Positions 9,325 through 21,460 of a DNA stretch of 64,000 nucleotides are shown here, piece by piece; position 1 is the stretch's first letter; every line of letters begins with the position of its first letter. Position numbers and translations under genes: made by a program. The notes below the pieces were generated by a model. It saw nothing but the letters and a program-made list of their open reading frames with translations. It was not told the origin of the DNA and made no database searches. Source of the stretch: Candidatus Latescibacterota bacterium (GTDB lineage Bacteria > Latescibacterota > UBA2968 > UBA8231); the NCBI GenBank assembly GCA_965219385.1, contig CBDCNM010000001.1, forward strand, positions 670,631 to 734,630, given 5' to 3'.

Positions 9325-10449
9325 TCACGGTGGTTTTTGCTGAGATTTGATCCCCAAACCCTGATCCTGGATCCGCACCTGCGCCGGATTGATGGCCCTG
9401 TACTGGCCCTTGTTGGCGGTAATTTCAAAGGCTTTGGGGATGGACTCGATGCCCTCCAGGACATGGGTGATAACCGGTTTCAGGCGGATTTGCCCCGCCG
9501 CGACCAGGCGGACGGTGTGTTCCAGGTGCCCCAGGGTACTGATGTCGGGAAACAGACACCTCAGGCTGCGTTCCCGCAACCGGTCTACATCCAGGTTCAG
9601 GGCCTGACCGAACCAGGAAACGATCACCAGCTTGCCGCCCGAGCGCACCGCCTCGATGGCCTGTTCGAGGCTGCGGGTTCCGGCAAGCCCCTGGCGGGGG
9701 CTGCCGCCGGCGCATTCAAATACCACGTCGGCACCGTTGCCCTCGGTCAAATCGCGGATGGCGGCGACCGGATCACAGGTTCCGGCATTGAGGGGGTGGT
9801 CGGCTCCCAACTCCCGGGAGACCTGGCAGGCTTCCTCGCGCACGTCCACGGTAATGGTGCGGCCGGCGCCGCTGGCGCGGGCCGATTGCATGCACTCCAA
9901 TCCCATGCTACCCTGGCCGAAAACGGCCACGGTATCCCCCAGCTGCAGCTCGGCGGTGTCCACGGCGGCCAGACTGTCGCTCAGGGATTGCAGGCAGGCG
10001 GCTTCGCTGTCGGAGATCCGTTCGTCCACCCTGGTCAGAGCGATTTCCGGCAGTAGGGCCCGTTCGGCAAAACAGCCGGGCAGCTGAAAACCGATGATCG
10101 GACCTTCGCGGCACCGATCGCTGCGCTCCGACTGGCAAAGACGGCACTGGCCGCAGGGGAGCTTGGCGCGGGCAGCCACGCGGTCGCCCGGGCGGAAGCG
10201 AGAGTCCGGGGGGGCTTCCAGGATCCGGGCACAAAATTCGTGGCCGAAGAGCTGGATCGGAGCCTCGGTCTCCAGCCGATTTTTGATCTGCTCAAAGGCC
10301 AGGGTGGGGATGCCGAAGGCCAGCTGGGCTTCGGTAACACTGGGCTGTACGCACAGGATTTCGGCCACTACGTGGCCTGGCCGGCAGACCGGTTCGGGGA
10401 CCTCTTCCAGGCGCATATCGCCGAAGCCATAGAATCGGCAGGCTTTCAT
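9325..10449 (-). CDS. Zinc-binding medium-chain dehydrogenase
   Basis: GHE motif, structural zinc CGQCRLC...C, GQGSMG Rossmann motif, GADVVFECAG. Confidence 0.88.
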   Translation of the reverse strand: MKACRFYGFGDMRLEEVPEPVCRPGHVVAEILCVQPSVTEAQLAFGIPTLAFEQIKNRLETEAPIQLFGHEFCARILEAPPDSRFRPGDRVAARAKLPCGQCRLCQSERSDRCREGPIIGFQLPGCFAERALLPEIALTRVDERISDSEAACLQSLSDSLAAVDTAELQLGDTVAVFGQGSMGLECMQSARASGAGRTITVDVREEACQVSRELGADHPLNAGTCDPVAAIRDLTEGNGADVVFECAGGSPRQGLAGTRSLEQAIEAVRSGGKLVIVSWFGQALNLDVDRLRERSLRCLFPDISTLGHLEHTVRLVAAGQIRLKPVITHVLEGIESIPKAFEITANKGQYRAINPAQVRIQDQGLGIKSQQKPP

Positions 10450-10461
10450 TTAGCAGCTCCT

Positions 10462-11295
10462 TTACTCGTAGGGTACTTCATCGTTGAAGATCTGCGTCCT
10501 CTTGACGATGCGCCGCTCGGTGGCCGGAAAGGGTTCGCGGCGGTGCATGGTGGGACGGTTGTCCCACATGACCAGATCGTTGGGCTGCCAGTCGTGGTTC
10601 CAGACGAAGCGCGGCTGGGACATATGCGCAGTCAGCCGGTCGAGCAGGTCGCGGCTTTGTGCGGCTGTGTATCCCACGATGTACTTGGTCAGATGAGGGC
10701 TGACAAAAAGCGATTTGCGGCCGGACTCGGGATGGGTGCGGACCACCGGGTGATCGACCAACCGATGCAGCGGGTTCTGGGTCTCGATGTAGTGGCGGTG
10801 CACCGCTCTGAGGCCCACCAGCCGCGCCCTGGTATCCTCGTCGAGGGTGTCGTACGCGGTCTGGCAGTTGCACCACTGGGTGGCGCCGCCCGTCCGGGGT
10901 ACTTCGATGGCATACAGCACCGAGATGGTGCCGGGTTGGGGCATATAGGAAAGGTCGGAGTGAAAGGTGATCTTGCGATTGCCCAGGGCGCCGATGGGCC
11001 GGTCGTTCTCGACCACGTTGGAGAGAATGAAGATCTCCTTGATGGCGCGATCGGCCTGGGTGCGCACGTGTGGGACCGGGCGACCGAAATAGGCGGTGAA
11101 GCGGACCTGGTCTTCCTCGCTGATCTGTTGGCCGCGGAAAAAGATCACACAGTGATCGAGCAGGGTCTGGCGCACTTGCACAACCACCTCTTGGGACAGG
11201 GGTTGGCTCAGGTCCACGCCCCGGATCTCGGCCCCGAGGGCGCCGCCGGTGGGAAGGACCTGTAGTTGGTCGAGGTCATTGGTGGCGATATGCAT
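10462..11295 (-). CDS. TauD/TfdA family 2-oxoglutarate/Fe(II) dioxygenase
   Basis: LGAEIRGVDL, HSD, HPVVRTHPESGRKSL and WDNRPTMHR motifs. Confidence 0.93.
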   Translation of the reverse strand: MHIATNDLDQLQVLPTGGALGAEIRGVDLSQPLSQEVVVQVRQTLLDHCVIFFRGQQISEEDQVRFTAYFGRPVPHVRTQADRAIKEIFILSNVVENDRPIGALGNRKITFHSDLSYMPQPGTISVLYAIEVPRTGGATQWCNCQTAYDTLDEDTRARLVGLRAVHRHYIETQNPLHRLVDHPVVRTHPESGRKSLFVSPHLTKYIVGYTAAQSRDLLDRLTAHMSQPRFVWNHDWQPNDLVMWDNRPTMHRREPFPATERRIVKRTQIFNDEVPYE

Positions 11296-11527
11296 TTTAA
11301 ATTAAAGGGGGGCGCAGCGCCGTACCGCGCAAACGATCAGGGTAGAATAAAGTCGAAAAAAGGGCGGAAACGGTCAGCAAGGCCTTGATCAAAGATTTAG
11401 TTCTCTCTTTATTAGCTGCGGTATGCCCAAAGAATATAGGACAATTTCCCCCAAGGAAAAACCGTTTGAGTATTCCCGACCGCTCCCGACGTGAGTGCCT
11501 GTCCGTATGTGAGAAAGGGAAAACCCC

Positions 11528-12001
11528 ATGGCATTTGATGGAATGGAACAGCGGCGGATTATGGGCTGTTTTGCAACCGGCGTGACCGTGGTGACCACCC
11601 ACCACGATGGTCAGTTCCACGGGATGACGGCCAACGCAGTGACTTCGCTGTCACTCGATCCGCCCCTAGTCCTGGTTGCGGTCGACCGCCTGAGTCAGAC
11701 GCACGAGAGCCTGAAGCAGGGACAGTGCTTTGCCATGAATGTGCTGCGCGAGGAACAGGAGGCTCTTTCCAGCCAGTTTGCCGCCCCGGGCCCCAAGGAT
11801 TTTTCTCGGCTCAAGGTGAAAACCGCCGCGACCGGCGCCCCGATCCTGGTCGATGCCCTGGCCTTTGTGGATTGTCGCCTGCGCGAAATTTTTCCGGGCG
11901 GCGACCACGATATCTTCATCGGCGAAATCCTTGCAGGGTATGTCCAGGAGGGCAAGCCCCTGGTTTTTTATCGGGGTAAGTACGCCCAGTTGGCCGAGTG
12001 A
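11528..12001 (+). CDS. Flavin reductase family protein (HpaC/RutF-like)
   Basis: FATGVTVVT, SLSLDPPLVLV and GDHDIFIGE motifs. Confidence 0.92.
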   Translation: MAFDGMEQRRIMGCFATGVTVVTTHHDGQFHGMTANAVTSLSLDPPLVLVAVDRLSQTHESLKQGQCFAMNVLREEQEALSSQFAAPGPKDFSRLKVKTAATGAPILVDALAFVDCRLREIFPGGDHDIFIGEILAGYVQEGKPLVFYRGKYAQLAE

Positions 12002-12013
12002 AAGGATCAATCC

Positions 12014-13699
12014 ATGAGCAACAAAGCGGTGTTGCCCGACATAGAAATTGCCCGGCAAGCCACCCTGGAGCCGATCGAAAAGGTCGCCGCCAGGCTGGGA
12101 GTGCCCGCAGAGCACGTCGAGCACTACGGCAGGTGGAAGGCAAAGGTTTCTCTGGATTATTTCCACGGCCTGAAGGACGCGCCCACTGGCCGGTTGGTGC
12201 TGGTTTCCTCGATCAATCCGACCCCGGCCGGAGAGGGCAAGACCACCACGGCAATCGGCCTGGTTGATGCCCTGAACCGCATCGGCAAGAGGGCGACCAT
12301 CTGTCTGCGCGAGCCTTCGCTGGGGCCCTGTTTCGGCATGAAAGGCGGAGCGACGGGGGGAGGGTATGCCCAGGTCGCGCCCATGGAGGATATCAACCTG
12401 CATTTCACCGGAGACTTTCACGCCGTCGGGACGGCGCACAACCTCCTGGCGGCCCTGCTCGACAACCACATCCATCACGGCAACAAGCTGGATATCGACC
12501 CGCGCCGGATTGTCTGGAAGCGGGTGGTGGACATGAACGACCGGGCCCTGCGGGACATCGTCATGGGGCTGGGGGGCACGGGCAATTCCTTTCCGCGCGA
12601 GTCCGGATTCAATATCACCGCGGCCTCGGAGGTGATGGCGGTGTTTTGCCTGTCCGAATCAGCGGCCGAGTTGAAGGAGCGGCTGAGTCGTATCATCGTG
12701 GCCTATACCCGGACCCGGACTCCAATTACCGCGGCCGACCTCGAGGCCCACGGCGCCATGTCCGTACTGCTGCGGGATGCTCTCAAACCCAACCTGGTCC
12801 AGACTCTGGAGAACAGTCCCGCCATTGTCCACGGGGGCCCTTTTGCCAATATCGCCCATGGGTGCAATTCCGTGATCGGGACCAAGCTGGCCCTGCGGCT
12901 GTCCGAATACACCGTGACCGAAGCCGGTTTCGGCGCCGATCTGGGGGCGGAAAAGTTCATCGGTATCAAGTGTCGACAGGCGGGACTGCAACCGGACGTG
13001 GTGGTTCTGGTCGCCACGGTGCGGGCCCTCAAATTTCACGGTGGGACAGCTCTGAAGAAGCTGGACCAGCCGGATATGGAGACCCTGGAACAGGGGGTCG
13101 AAAACCTGAGGAAGCACATCGAGAACATCCGCCTTTTCGGGCTGCCGGTGGTGGTGGCCGTCAATGCCTTTGCAAACGATACGGAAGAAGCGATGAAATT
13201 GATTCAGGACAAGTGCGCCTACCTGGGGGTGGAGATCGTCCCCGCCGATCACTGGGCTCGGGGCGGAGAGGGGGCCGAAGACCTGGCGCGCGCGGTGGTG
13301 GAGATGACGGAGAATACCCAGAGTGATTTCAGGTTTCTCTATCCCGATGAGGGGCGGTTGTGGGACAAGGTGCGCAGAATCGCCCAGGAGATTTACGGGG
13401 CCAACGATATCCTGGGCGACAAGAAGTTGCGGGACAAGTTCAGGAGGATTGAGGAGGATGGGTATGGGAATTTGCCGATTTGCATGGCCAAGACGCAGTA
13501 CTCCTTGTCCACGGATCCGGGGCTCAAGGGCCGGCCCAGGGGGTTCGATGTGCCGGTCCGCGATGTGGAGGTGGAGGCCGGGGCCGGGTTCGTGGTGGTG
13601 TTGACGGGGGAGATCACGACCATGCCGGGGCTGCCCAGGAGCCCTTCGGCGGAATTGATTGATCTGGACGAGAGGGGAGAGATCGTGGGGTTGTTCTAG
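12014..13699 (+). CDS. fhs: Formate--tetrahydrofolate ligase
   Basis: [51 protein letters not shown] and CMAKTQYS motifs. Confidence 0.97.
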   Translation: MSNKAVLPDIEIARQATLEPIEKVAARLGVPAEHVEHYGRWKAKVSLDYFHGLKDAPTGRLVLVSSINPTPAGEGKTTTAIGLVDALNRIGKRATICLREPSLGPCFGMKGGATGGGYAQVAPMEDINLHFTGDFHAVGTAHNLLAALLDNHIHHGNKLDIDPRRIVWKRVVDMNDRALRDIVMGLGGTGNSFPRESGFNITAASEVMAVFCLSESAAELKERLSRIIVAYTRTRTPITAADLEAHGAMSVLLRDALKPNLVQTLENSPAIVHGGPFANIAHGCNSVIGTKLALRLSEYTVTEAGFGADLGAEKFIGIKCRQAGLQPDVVVLVATVRALKFHGGTALKKLDQPDMETLEQGVENLRKHIENIRLFGLPVVVAVNAFANDTEEAMKLIQDKCAYLGVEIVPADHWARGGEGAEDLARAVVEMTENTQSDFRFLYPDEGRLWDKVRRIAQEIYGANDILGDKKLRDKFRRIEEDGYGNLPICMAKTQYSLSTDPGLKGRPRGFDVPVRDVEVEAGAGFVVVLTGEITTMPGLPRSPSAELIDLDERGEIVGLF

Positions 13700-13741
13700 G
13701 GGCAGCCATTGCTTTCCAACGCTACATACTATTTATGTGAA

Positions 13742-14869
13742 TCATACGGCATAGGCCACGGAGCCGTCCTGACGCAGTGGAGTTTGGGCCTTGTTGATGG
13801 GCTCGAACGGGGTCTTTTCGATTAAGGCCTCGTCCAGTTCCACGCCCAGGCCCGGCGCCTCGGGCAGCAGGATGTAGCCCCCCTCGCGGCGGTGCGCGTA
13901 TTTAAACACCGCGTTGTGGGGGGCTTCGTCGTTCTTGGTGTACTCTTGGGTGATGAAGTTGGGGATGCTGGCATCGAGGTGGAGCGAGGCAGCGGTGATC
14001 AGCGGGCTCAGGAAGTTGTGGGTCGCCACGGCGCTGTGGTAGGACTCGGCCAGGGCAGCGATCTTTTTGCACTGGGTCAGGCCGCCGGCCAGGGCCACGT
14101 CGGGCCTGACGTACTGGGGACCGCCCTGTTCGAGCAACTCGCGGAATTCCCATATGGTGTTGAAGCGCTCGCCGTTGCCCAGTGGAACCAATATCCGCCG
14201 GGCGATCTCGGCCTGGGCGGCGATGCTGTCGATCTGGATTGGATCTTCCATGAAGTAGATGTGGAAGGGTTTGAGGGCTTCGGCCAGGTCGATGGCGACC
14301 ATAGGGGTGAGCTTGCGGTGGACCTCGACGATCAGGTCCAGGTCGGGACCGCCCCCCTCACGCGCCGCGGCCACCAAGTCGACGACGGTCTGGATGATGC
14401 GGGCCTGGCCCATGTCGTAGTACTCGCCGATTACCGGATCGAACTTGAGGGCGGTAAAACCTTCCTCCACGGCGCTCTGGGCGGTCTGGTGCATGGTTTC
14501 GGGCGTGCTCCCCCCCTGCATCAGGTGGAGGCGGATTTTGTCCCGGCAATTGCCCCCCAGCAACTCCCATACCGGCACCTCGAAGCGTTTTCCCTTGATA
14601 TCCCACAGGGCAATATCCACGGCGCTGATGGCGCCGCACAGGGCATTGCCGCGGAACGGGCTCATGCGGTAGAGGTACTGCCAGTGGTGCTCGATGCGCA
14701 GGGGATTCTGGCCGATCAGGTAGCCCTCGAAGGTCCTGACCATGCGCTCCACGGCTTCGGGGTAACCCCAGCAGGCAGTCTGGCCCAGGCCGCTCAAGCC
14801 GGTGTCGGTGTGGAGGCGCAGGACGTAGCTGTTGCCCATGAGAAAGGATTCGATTTTATCGATTTTCAT
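13742..14869 (-). CDS. Mandelate racemase/MLE-family acid-sugar dehydratase (galactonate dehydratase-like)
   Basis: SAVDIALWDIKGK, GFTALKFD, EVH/EDP/GER metal-ligand segments, PGLGVELDE. Confidence 0.88.
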   Translation of the reverse strand: MKIDKIESFLMGNSYVLRLHTDTGLSGLGQTACWGYPEAVERMVRTFEGYLIGQNPLRIEHHWQYLYRMSPFRGNALCGAISAVDIALWDIKGKRFEVPVWELLGGNCRDKIRLHLMQGGSTPETMHQTAQSAVEEGFTALKFDPVIGEYYDMGQARIIQTVVDLVAAAREGGGPDLDLIVEVHRKLTPMVAIDLAEALKPFHIYFMEDPIQIDSIAAQAEIARRILVPLGNGERFNTIWEFRELLEQGGPQYVRPDVALAGGLTQCKKIAALAESYHSAVATHNFLSPLITAASLHLDASIPNFITQEYTKNDEAPHNAVFKYAHRREGGYILLPEAPGLGVELDEALIEKTPFEPINKAQTPLRQDGSVAYAV

Positions 14870-14972
14870 GACCGACTCCTGAATATTGGAAAAGGAGGTT
14901 GGAAGCCCCTATATTATGGGCCATACAGATTTGCGGGACAAGATATACTCGTAGAAAAACAGGAGAATCTGG

Positions 14973-15724
14973 ATGCCCCATCTGCGTTTTGCCGCGCCCA
15001 GAGAACGGCGCGCGGCCCTGATCACCGGCGGGGCCCGCGGCATCGGCCGGGCCTGTGCCCTGCGGATCGCCGAGGAGGGCCGGGATATCGCCGTTGCCGA
15101 CGTGCTCGAAGAGCAGGGCCGGGAGGTGGTCAAAGAGGTCGAGGTCCTGGGACAGGAAGGGTTGTTCGTCCACACCGATGTGGCGGATGAAGAGGCGGTA
15201 AAGGCGGCGGTGGAGCGGACCGTAGAGCGCTTCGACCGCCTGGACATCTTGGTGTGTTGCGCCGGCATCCTGGGACTGGAGGCCCCCTTTTTCGAACAGT
15301 CGGCGGCTCAGTTCGACAAGGTCATGCGCATCAATGTGTACGGGGTCTATCACGCCCACCAGGCGGCCTTGCCTCACATGCTGGAAAGGGGCTGGGGCCG
15401 CTGCCTCACCATGACTTCGGGAGCGCGCCAGGGCTCGCCCAACCAGGTGCCCTACTGCGTGTCCAAGGCCGCGGTTTTCACCCTGATACGTTCCCTGGGC
15501 AATGCCTACCCCAAAGAGGGGGTATTCGTCAACGGGGTGGAGCCGGGAAGGGCGCTCACCGATATGATCATACCCCGGTTTTCACCCGAGTTCCTGGCCA
15601 ATCCCGGCACCCCCATCGGCCGCTACGCCGACCCGGAGGAAGTGGCCGAGGTGGTGGAGTTTCTGTGCTCGGAGCGCAACACCTATACCACGGGATCGAT
15701 ATGGAGCAGCAAGGGGGCGAGTGG

Positions 15725-15728
<4 letters not shown>
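14973..15728 (+). CDS. SDR family oxidoreductase
   Basis: TGGARGIG and YCVSK (YxxxK) motifs. Confidence 0.9.
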
Positions 15729-16873
<1,145 letters not shown>

Positions 16874-16963
16874 GAAGCCTTCCGAGAAATCCAGGTTCCC
16901 CAGGTGGAACTGGAAACCGAACCACGACGCCTCAAGCAGCGATAATTCCAGAGGAGGACTGCA

Positions 16964-18133
16964 ATGTACCGCATGGGTGAAGCCGAGGTAAATCGCCTGC
17001 GCAAGGTAATCGAGAAGGGCAAGATGTTCCGCTACAGCGGCGGCGAATGCGACCGCTTTGAGCAGGGCTGGGCCCGCCATCTGGGGCTGAAGTATGCGCG
17101 CATGACCAATACCGGCACCTCGGCCCTGTACGTCGGATTGGTGGGCCTGGGCATAGGACCGGGCGACCAGGTGATCGTGCCGGCCTATACCTATATGGCC
17201 ACGGCCCTGGCAGTGCTGGCCACCGGGGCCATACCGGTGGTGGCGGATGTGGACGAATCGCTGACTCTGGCGCCCGAAGCGATGGAGCGGCGCCTCACCA
17301 AACACACCCGGGCCGTTATCCCGGTGCACATGGTGGGCCTGCCCTGCAATATGGATAAGATCATGCGGATCGCCCGCAAGCACAAGTTGCTGGTTATGGA
17401 GGATGCCTGCCAGGCCGTGGGCGGAGGGTACGAAGGCAGGATGCTGGGGGCAATCGGCCATGCCGGGAGCTTCAGCTTCAATTTCTTCAAGAATATGACC
17501 TGCGGGGAAGGCGGGGCCTTTGTGACCGACGCGCCGGCGATCTTCGAACGCGGATCGGTGGCCGTGGACTGTTGCGCGCATTACTGGAACCCGGAGGAAA
17601 AAAAAGAGGAGGTCCAGTTCGCCGGGCACAATTTCAGGGCTTCGGAATTCGAGGGGGCCATCCTCAATGTGCAGTTGCGGCGGATAGACGGGATGCTCAG
17701 CCGCATGCGCGCGCACAAAAAGGAATTGCTGCAGGTCGGCCTGGACGCGGGACTCAAGTCCATCGTCAACAACAGCCTGGACTGCGAGTGCGGCACCCAT
17801 CTGGGCTTCATTTTCGCCGAAGAGGCCGCTGCTCGAGCCTTTTCCGAGGCTTTGGGGCAGCAAGGGGTAGGATCCTTCCTGCCCATGGATACCGGCCGGC
17901 ACGTGTACACCCGCTGGGAGCCGATCATGCGCCGGCAGGGGGCGCACCACCCGGCGCTGGATCCGTTCAAGTTGAAGGCCAACAAAAAATCCAAGGTCGA
18001 GTACACCGTGGATATGTGCAAAGACTCGCTTGATGTCCTCGGTCGCAGTGTGCTGATCGGGATGCACCCCGACAACAGCCGGGGCCGCATCCGGACGATG
18101 GGTAAGGCCATCCAGGCAGCGGCCCTCACCTAG
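16964..18133 (+). CDS. DegT/DnrJ/EryC1/StrS family PLP aminotransferase
   Basis: GTSAL, EDACQAVGG and SFNFFKNMTCGEGG motifs. Confidence 0.9.
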   Translation: MYRMGEAEVNRLRKVIEKGKMFRYSGGECDRFEQGWARHLGLKYARMTNTGTSALYVGLVGLGIGPGDQVIVPAYTYMATALAVLATGAIPVVADVDESLTLAPEAMERRLTKHTRAVIPVHMVGLPCNMDKIMRIARKHKLLVMEDACQAVGGGYEGRMLGAIGHAGSFSFNFFKNMTCGEGGAFVTDAPAIFERGSVAVDCCAHYWNPEEKKEEVQFAGHNFRASEFEGAILNVQLRRIDGMLSRMRAHKKELLQVGLDAGLKSIVNNSLDCECGTHLGFIFAEEAAARAFSEALGQQGVGSFLPMDTGRHVYTRWEPIMRRQGAHHPALDPFKLKANKKSKVEYTVDMCKDSLDVLGRSVLIGMHPDNSRGRIRTMGKAIQAAALT

Positions 18134-18227
18134 AGCCTGGGGCAGTTGGCCATGGCTTGGAGAGGTTCTGGAAAGTGGTTATTTTAATAGCTTTATATCG
18201 AGGTCAAACACCTATAAGGAGGGTGAT

Positions 18228-19535
18228 ATGAAAACGTGGATTGTGCGCCTGGTGTGTCTGGGGCTGATTTTTATGGTCCAGACCGGGTACGGACAGGAGA
18301 AATCCATCACCATCTGGTGGGCCCAGTGGGATCCGGCCGCCGGATTACAGGACCTGGCCAAGGACTTCGAGAAGGAGACCGGGATTGCGGTCAAGGTGCA
18401 CCAGATTCCCTGGCCGTCCTACCACGACCAGGTTTTTTTGAATTTTGGCAACAAGCAGACCGACTTCGATATCGTGGTGGGGGACAGCCAGTGGATCGGG
18501 CGCGGGGCCACCAAAGGGCTTTACCTGGAACTGACCGACTGGCTGCCACAGGCCGTGGACATCGGCAGTATCCATCCCCGGGCGGCGCGCTACCTGTGCG
18601 AGTACCCACCCGGCAGCGGCCGGTTTTACGCGGCCCCGTGCGAGACCGATGCCATGGGGTTTGTCTACCGCAAGGACTGGTTCGAGGATCCGGCCGAGCA
18701 GGCGGCTTTCAAAGAGAAATACGGCCGCGATTTGAAACCACCGGACACCTGGGACGAGTTTCGCGATATCGCCGAATTTTTTCACCGGCCGGATGAAAAG
18801 CGCTACGGATGCTCGATCCTGGCCGGGCGCGGCTACGATGGCATCACCATGGGGTTCCAGCCCTTCCTGTGGTCCTGGGGCGCCTCCTGGGGCGATCCAG
18901 AGACCTTCCAGGTCCAGGGACACGTCAACAGCCCCGAAGCCGTGGCCGGTCTGCAATACATGAAAGACCTGCTCCAGTTTACCCCCCCGGGGGGCAATAT
19001 GGCCGACTATTTTTCCAACAACGATGTGTTTTTAAATGGGTCCACGACCATGGTGCTGGACTACTTTCCCTTCTACCCCGGCATTGTCGAGAGTATGGGG
19101 GACAAGGTCGACTTTTTCATGGTGCCCGCCAAAGGGGACAAGCGGGTGATCAGCTTGGGAGGCCAGGGATTCAGCATTTCGACCAAGACTCCCAAGTCCC
19201 AGCAGGAGCTGGCCAAGCAGTTCATCGCCTGGTTCGAGCAGACCGAGGTACAGAAGAAATGGATCACCTATCCAGGTTCCTTCACCGCCAATACCGAGCT
19301 GCTGGCCAGCGAGGAGTTCGCCCGAGCCGCGCCCTTCAACGCCACCTTTGCCGCCTCCCTGGACTACCTCCAGGACTTCTGGAATGTGCCGGTCTACAAC
19401 GAACTTCTGGCGGTCTCGCAGCGCTATCTGGGGGAAGCCCTGGACGGGGTCAAGACCCCAAAAGAGGCCCTGGACCACATAGCTGAAGAACACGAGCTGG
19501 TCCTGCTCGAGGCCGGCTACAAGCAGGAGGAATGA
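18228..19535 (+). CDS. Sugar ABC transporter substrate-binding protein
   Basis: Signal peptide; SBP family 1 features (FEKETGIAVKV, YRKDWF, PPDTWDEF). Confidence 0.9.
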   Translation: MKTWIVRLVCLGLIFMVQTGYGQEKSITIWWAQWDPAAGLQDLAKDFEKETGIAVKVHQIPWPSYHDQVFLNFGNKQTDFDIVVGDSQWIGRGATKGLYLELTDWLPQAVDIGSIHPRAARYLCEYPPGSGRFYAAPCETDAMGFVYRKDWFEDPAEQAAFKEKYGRDLKPPDTWDEFRDIAEFFHRPDEKRYGCSILAGRGYDGITMGFQPFLWSWGASWGDPETFQVQGHVNSPEAVAGLQYMKDLLQFTPPGGNMADYFSNNDVFLNGSTTMVLDYFPFYPGIVESMGDKVDFFMVPAKGDKRVISLGGQGFSISTKTPKSQQELAKQFIAWFEQTEVQKKWITYPGSFTANTELLASEEFARAAPFNATFAASLDYLQDFWNVPVYNELLAVSQRYLGEALDGVKTPKEALDHIAEEHELVLLEAGYKQEE

Positions 19536-19536
19536 T

Positions 19537-20439
19537 TTGGCCACAGAGGGCAAGAGGGGCCGGCGCCGCGACTGGATGAAGTACGGGTTCGTGGGGCCGG
19601 CCCTTCTCATTCTCATTGCCATGAATATCTTCCCGCTGCTCTACAGCATCTTTTTGAGTTTCACCAATGCCGACCTGATCGGTGGTGCTTACAAGAGCAT
19701 CGGCGGACTCAATTACAAGATTGTATTTCTGGGGACCAAGTACGCCGTGGCCCTGCGCACCACGGCCCTCTTCGTGGCCCTGGCCGTGGGCATCGAACTG
19801 GTCTTGGGCTTTACCCTGGCTCTGGCATTGCACGGCCCTTTGTGGGGCAAGCCTTTCATGCTTACTGTTTTGCTGGTGCCCATGATGCTGCCCCAGGCCG
19901 TGATGGGGCTTTACTGGAAGCTGGTGCTCAACGGCAATTACGGCATTCTCAACCAGATTCTGGGGATCTTGTACCTGGGACAGCCGCAGTGGATCACGGA
20001 CCCGGATCTCAAGTTTTTTTCCATCCTGATGATTGATGTGTGGATGTGGACCCCCTTTATGATGCTGATCGCCCTGGCCAGTCTCAATGCCATACCCTCT
20101 TACATCTACGAGGCGGCGGCCATGGACCGGGCTTCGAGATGGACGGTTTTTCGCCGCATCACCCTGCCCATGTGCGCTCCTCTGCTGGGTCTGGCCGTGC
20201 TGCTGCGGGCCACGGATGCGCTCAAGCAATTCGATCTGGTGATGGCTGTATCCGGGCCCAACGATGCCTCTACCCAGACCCTGAGTGCGCTGCTCTACCA
20301 GGTGGTATTCCGCGGTGGCAAGGTGGGGCTCGGGGCATCCTATTCTTACGTGATCCTGGTGGTGGTTATCGCGCTGGCCAGTATCTTCATTCGCTACATG
20401 GCCGGCCTGCAGAAAAAACAGGGAGAAGTAGCGGCGTGA
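19537..20439 (+). CDS. Sugar ABC transporter permease
   Basis: Multiple TMs; YEAAAMDRAS EAA loop. Confidence 0.92.
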   Translation: MATEGKRGRRRDWMKYGFVGPALLILIAMNIFPLLYSIFLSFTNADLIGGAYKSIGGLNYKIVFLGTKYAVALRTTALFVALAVGIELVLGFTLALALHGPLWGKPFMLTVLLVPMMLPQAVMGLYWKLVLNGNYGILNQILGILYLGQPQWITDPDLKFFSILMIDVWMWTPFMMLIALASLNAIPSYIYEAAAMDRASRWTVFRRITLPMCAPLLGLAVLLRATDALKQFDLVMAVSGPNDASTQTLSALLYQVVFRGGKVGLGASYSYVILVVVIALASIFIRYMAGLQKKQGEVAA

Positions 20440-21299
20440 ACATCCTGCGCTGGTTCTTCATCGCGTTCTATTTCTCCGTGGCCACTTTACCCCTGGTCTG
20501 GCTGGCCATGACCTCTTTCAAAAACAGGAACGACAGCATCAGTATACAGCCGAAATTTGTACCGGTTTTCAACCGCGAGGCGGATCCTGGAGGTCTGAGT
20601 TTTCAGGCCACGCTCAACGGCTACAGGCAGCTGAACCAGGTCTACGCCGGGGCCGATCAAGTCTTTTTTCACTACCTGGGCAACAGCGTAGCGATTGGCC
20701 TGCTCAGTACCTTGGCTTCGGTTGTGGTCGGGACTTCGTGCGCCTATGGCTTCAGCCGCTTCCGCATTGCCGGGTCCAAAGACTGGCTCTTCTTCATTCT
20801 CTCGACCCGTTTCCTGCCGCCCCTGGCCGTGGTGGTACCGGTGCTGATGATGTACCGGGAATTCGATCTGCAAAACACCCACCTCGGACTGGTATTGCTC
20901 TATACCGCCTTCAACCTGTCGCTGGCGGTATGGTTGATGAAGGGGTTCATCGACGAGATTCCAAGAGCTTATGAAGAAGCGGCCATGGTGGACGGTTATT
21001 CCCGTCTGCAGGCTTTCCGGCGCGTCATCGTGCCGCGCGCAGCGCCGGGCATGGCCGTGACCGCGGTTTTCTGCCTGATCTCGGCTTGGAACGAGTACGG
21101 GTTCGCCATGACCCTCAACAACCAGGAAGCGGTCACCGTGCCGGTCTATTTCGCCGGCTTGCAGGGCAATGTCCAGGGGTTGCCCTGGCCGCAGATCGCC
21201 GCCGGGGTCCTGCTTTTCGTGGTGCCGATCATCGCGTTTACGGTTCTGGTCAGGAAGCACCTGTTGCGCGGCGTCACCTTCGGGACCATAAAGCAATGA
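20436..21299 (+). CDS. Sugar ABC transporter permease
   Basis: Multiple TMs; YEEAAMVDG EAA loop and AWNEY; GTG start overlaps the previous stop. Confidence 0.92.
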   Translation: MNILRWFFIAFYFSVATLPLVWLAMTSFKNRNDSISIQPKFVPVFNREADPGGLSFQATLNGYRQLNQVYAGADQVFFHYLGNSVAIGLLSTLASVVVGTSCAYGFSRFRIAGSKDWLFFILSTRFLPPLAVVVPVLMMYREFDLQNTHLGLVLLYTAFNLSLAVWLMKGFIDEIPRAYEEAAMVDGYSRLQAFRRVIVPRAAPGMAVTAVFCLISAWNEYGFAMTLNNQEAVTVPVYFAGLQGNVQGLPWPQIAAGVLLFVVPIIAFTVLVRKHLLRGVTFGTIKQ

Positions 21300-21460
21300 A
21301 ACACTGGATCGACAAAATGGCACGGACAGGCATGGTGCTGGGGGTTGCCTTCATGCTCCAGCCCTGGTGGAAGGAGGGATTCCGCTGGGGGGTTTTTGCC
21401 ACCGCGGTTTTTACCATACTCCACATAATTACCTCGCACTGGCAAATCGACGAGCCATGA
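21296..21460 (+). CDS. Small two-TM membrane protein within the ABC operon
   Basis: 54-aa ORF with ATGA overlaps to both neighbours and two hydrophobic segments. Confidence 0.7.
   Translation: MKHWIDKMARTGMVLGVAFMLQPWWKEGFRWGVFATAVFTILHIITSHWQIDEP

Noticed and set aside
15254..15724. N-terminal extension of PabB
   Set aside because: It overlaps the SDR gene in another frame; GTG at 15725 coupled to the SDR stop is the more plausible start.
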